NCBI GenBank assembly: GCA_016748015.1
Contig: JAAOMT010000664.1
Span: 1,183,518-1,247,517 of the forward strand
Length of the DNA: 64,000 bases
Reading direction: 5' to 3'
Origin: Geosiphon pyriformis uo1
Taxonomy: Eukaryota > Fungi > Glomeromycota
In this document: piece by piece, positions 62,681-64,000 of the stretch
Layout: each line of letters opens with the position of its first letter
Numbering within the stretch: the stretch's first letter is position 1
Notes under the pieces: model-generated
The model's input: the letters and a program-made list of their open reading frames with translations, nothing else
What the model was told of the DNA's origin: nothing
Database searches by the model: none
Translations under genes and position numbers: made by a program

Positions 62681-63967
62681 TGTTATAGATAAACTTTGTT
62701 GGTTGTTGGAGTAAATAACAAACTCATAACTTGGTGCTCAAAGCTGTTGTTGATGATGAAATCTGAAGGTGTGTTATCTGAAGGTTTTGTTGTGGAGTTC
62801 TTTGTATAATAGACAGAGATTCAGTGGTAATAGTTTTATCCATAGCTTCCTAAAACCGCAGTTTTGTCAATTTCTTTCTCAATGTGATGACTGGTGTTTT
62901 TCCTAGTAAGCTAATCTCAATTGAGTGTCCTACCCTTATTTCTGGGTCTTTTACTAGTGCTATATCCTGACATCAGTACTCCACATATTAATTCTCAATA
63001 GAGTTAGTAATAACAACAATTAAGACAAGAAAATAAAAAAAATGACATAAAGAAATGAGCCAAGACAATGTACAAGTTAGTATCTGTCAATAGTTGTGAT
63101 CAAAAGCTATTATTCTAATGTGGTTAAGTATCAATTGCTATCAACATGAAGTGTTGATAATAAAGAGTGGATTTGGATGGTAAATAATTTATTTATTCAA
63201 TATTTGTGAATGGGAGATTTTTAATTAAAAGATTCTACTTTTTCTATTTCTAACACTACCACTATATATACATAATTGATGTTCTATGAGATTGCTCACA
63301 TTTCCAAGCAATATGCTATGATTTTTTGAGTAATATTCACATTGCTGAGTAATGTGCTCTAATTTTTTAACATTGCTTCATATTGCTGAGCAATATGTCA
63401 TGTTTTCTGACATTGTTTTACATTGCTGAGCAATGTGTCATGATTTCTGACATTGCTCCACATTGTTGAGCAATGTGCTCACATGCGAAATATTATTTTC
63501 TCATTGGTCTGCTATTTTCTATATCTGTTTTTTTTTATGAGTAACATTATCTCTTCCTTTTAATATTGAGCTCCATCAAAATCTTCATTTTGAATTACTT
63601 CTAATACTTCTTTTTCAAGTATTGTTTGTTTGACTCTGTTTTTCACATTTTTTACTTGTGTATTGTTTATTTTTCCCCATTGGTTAATGGTTATGGTTTC
63701 CATGTTAGAGTGTAACAGTATTTCTGGATAGTTCTGAAATATGTTGTGTAGTTGGTACATTGTTTTAACATATAGTATTGAATTAGTTTTCTTTCTGATA
63801 AATTCTTCAATTTGTTGTATCATGTCTTGGTTGAATATTCTCTTAGATTTGTTAATATACAACTCCTGAATATTCAACTTTCGACTTAACTGATAGTAGC
63901 AATATGATATTGGAAGTTGTTCTGTTTATTGCTTTCAATTTTCTTTTGTAAGCTCTTCTGTTGGTGT
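62681..63967 (-). mobile_element. 3' end of another Gy-A element (3' LTR 62681-63546, PPT, 3' ORF)
   Basis: LTR TGTTATAG..GAGTAACA is similar to 10256-11115. PPT AAAAGGAAGAGATAA. ORF 63560-63877 is homologous to the decayed region ~11130-11450. Confidence 0.82.
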
Positions 63968-64000
63968 TGTTACCAGACAAAATTAGAGATATTATTTAGC
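63968..64000 (+). mobile_element. Start of a further Gy-B LTR (runs off the window)
   Basis: TGTTACCAGACAAAATTAGAGATATT is the reverse complement of the Gy-B LTR end at 60748-60773. Confidence 0.8.

Noticed and set aside
63290-63485. Regularly spaced repeats resembling a CRISPR array (also 28960-29090, 31260-31385, 50305-50470)
   Set aside because: There are no unique spacers and no cas genes, the context is eukaryotic, and all arrays lie inside LTRs.
10256-64000. Possible alternative genetic code (TAA/TAG read as Gln, TGA as Trp) explaining in-frame stops
   Set aside because: The host genes use TAA as a normal stop. The stops in repeats are copy-specific and accompanied by missense G>A/C>T changes at catalytic residues.

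Overview
This is eukaryotic, intron-rich fungal DNA. The gene structure and the retroelement proteins resemble a Glomeromycotina/Mucoromycota fungus such as Geosiphon, which is an impression from memory rather than a search result. The first ~9.4 kb holds three spliced host genes: a minus-strand chromatin-reader-like gene with two tandem [C4 zinc finger + Tudor-knot/chromo-barrel] modules that runs off the left edge, a BRCT-containing family X DNA polymerase of Pol mu/TdT type, and a 13-exon CDK5-like (PCTAIRE) kinase with a U12-type AT-AC intron. From ~9.8 kb to the end the window is a very AT-rich, CpG-depleted block of nested, decayed retroelements. It contains at least three Ty3/Gypsy families (here called Gy-A, Gy-B, Gy-C; 4-bp TSDs, TG..CA LTRs), solo LTRs, and three APE-RT-RNaseH LINE copies, nested up to four levels deep. 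The Gypsy elements have an unusually complex, retrovirus-like layout: a Gag N-terminal extension, protease, a Cys-rich domain, dUTPase, RT-RNaseH, an apparently separately initiated integrase ORF, and an extra 3' ORF that in Gy-B reads through the PPT into the LTR. Differences between repeat copies are almost all C:G>T:A transitions in several contexts, a RIP-like signature. All alignments and splice calls were done by eye.
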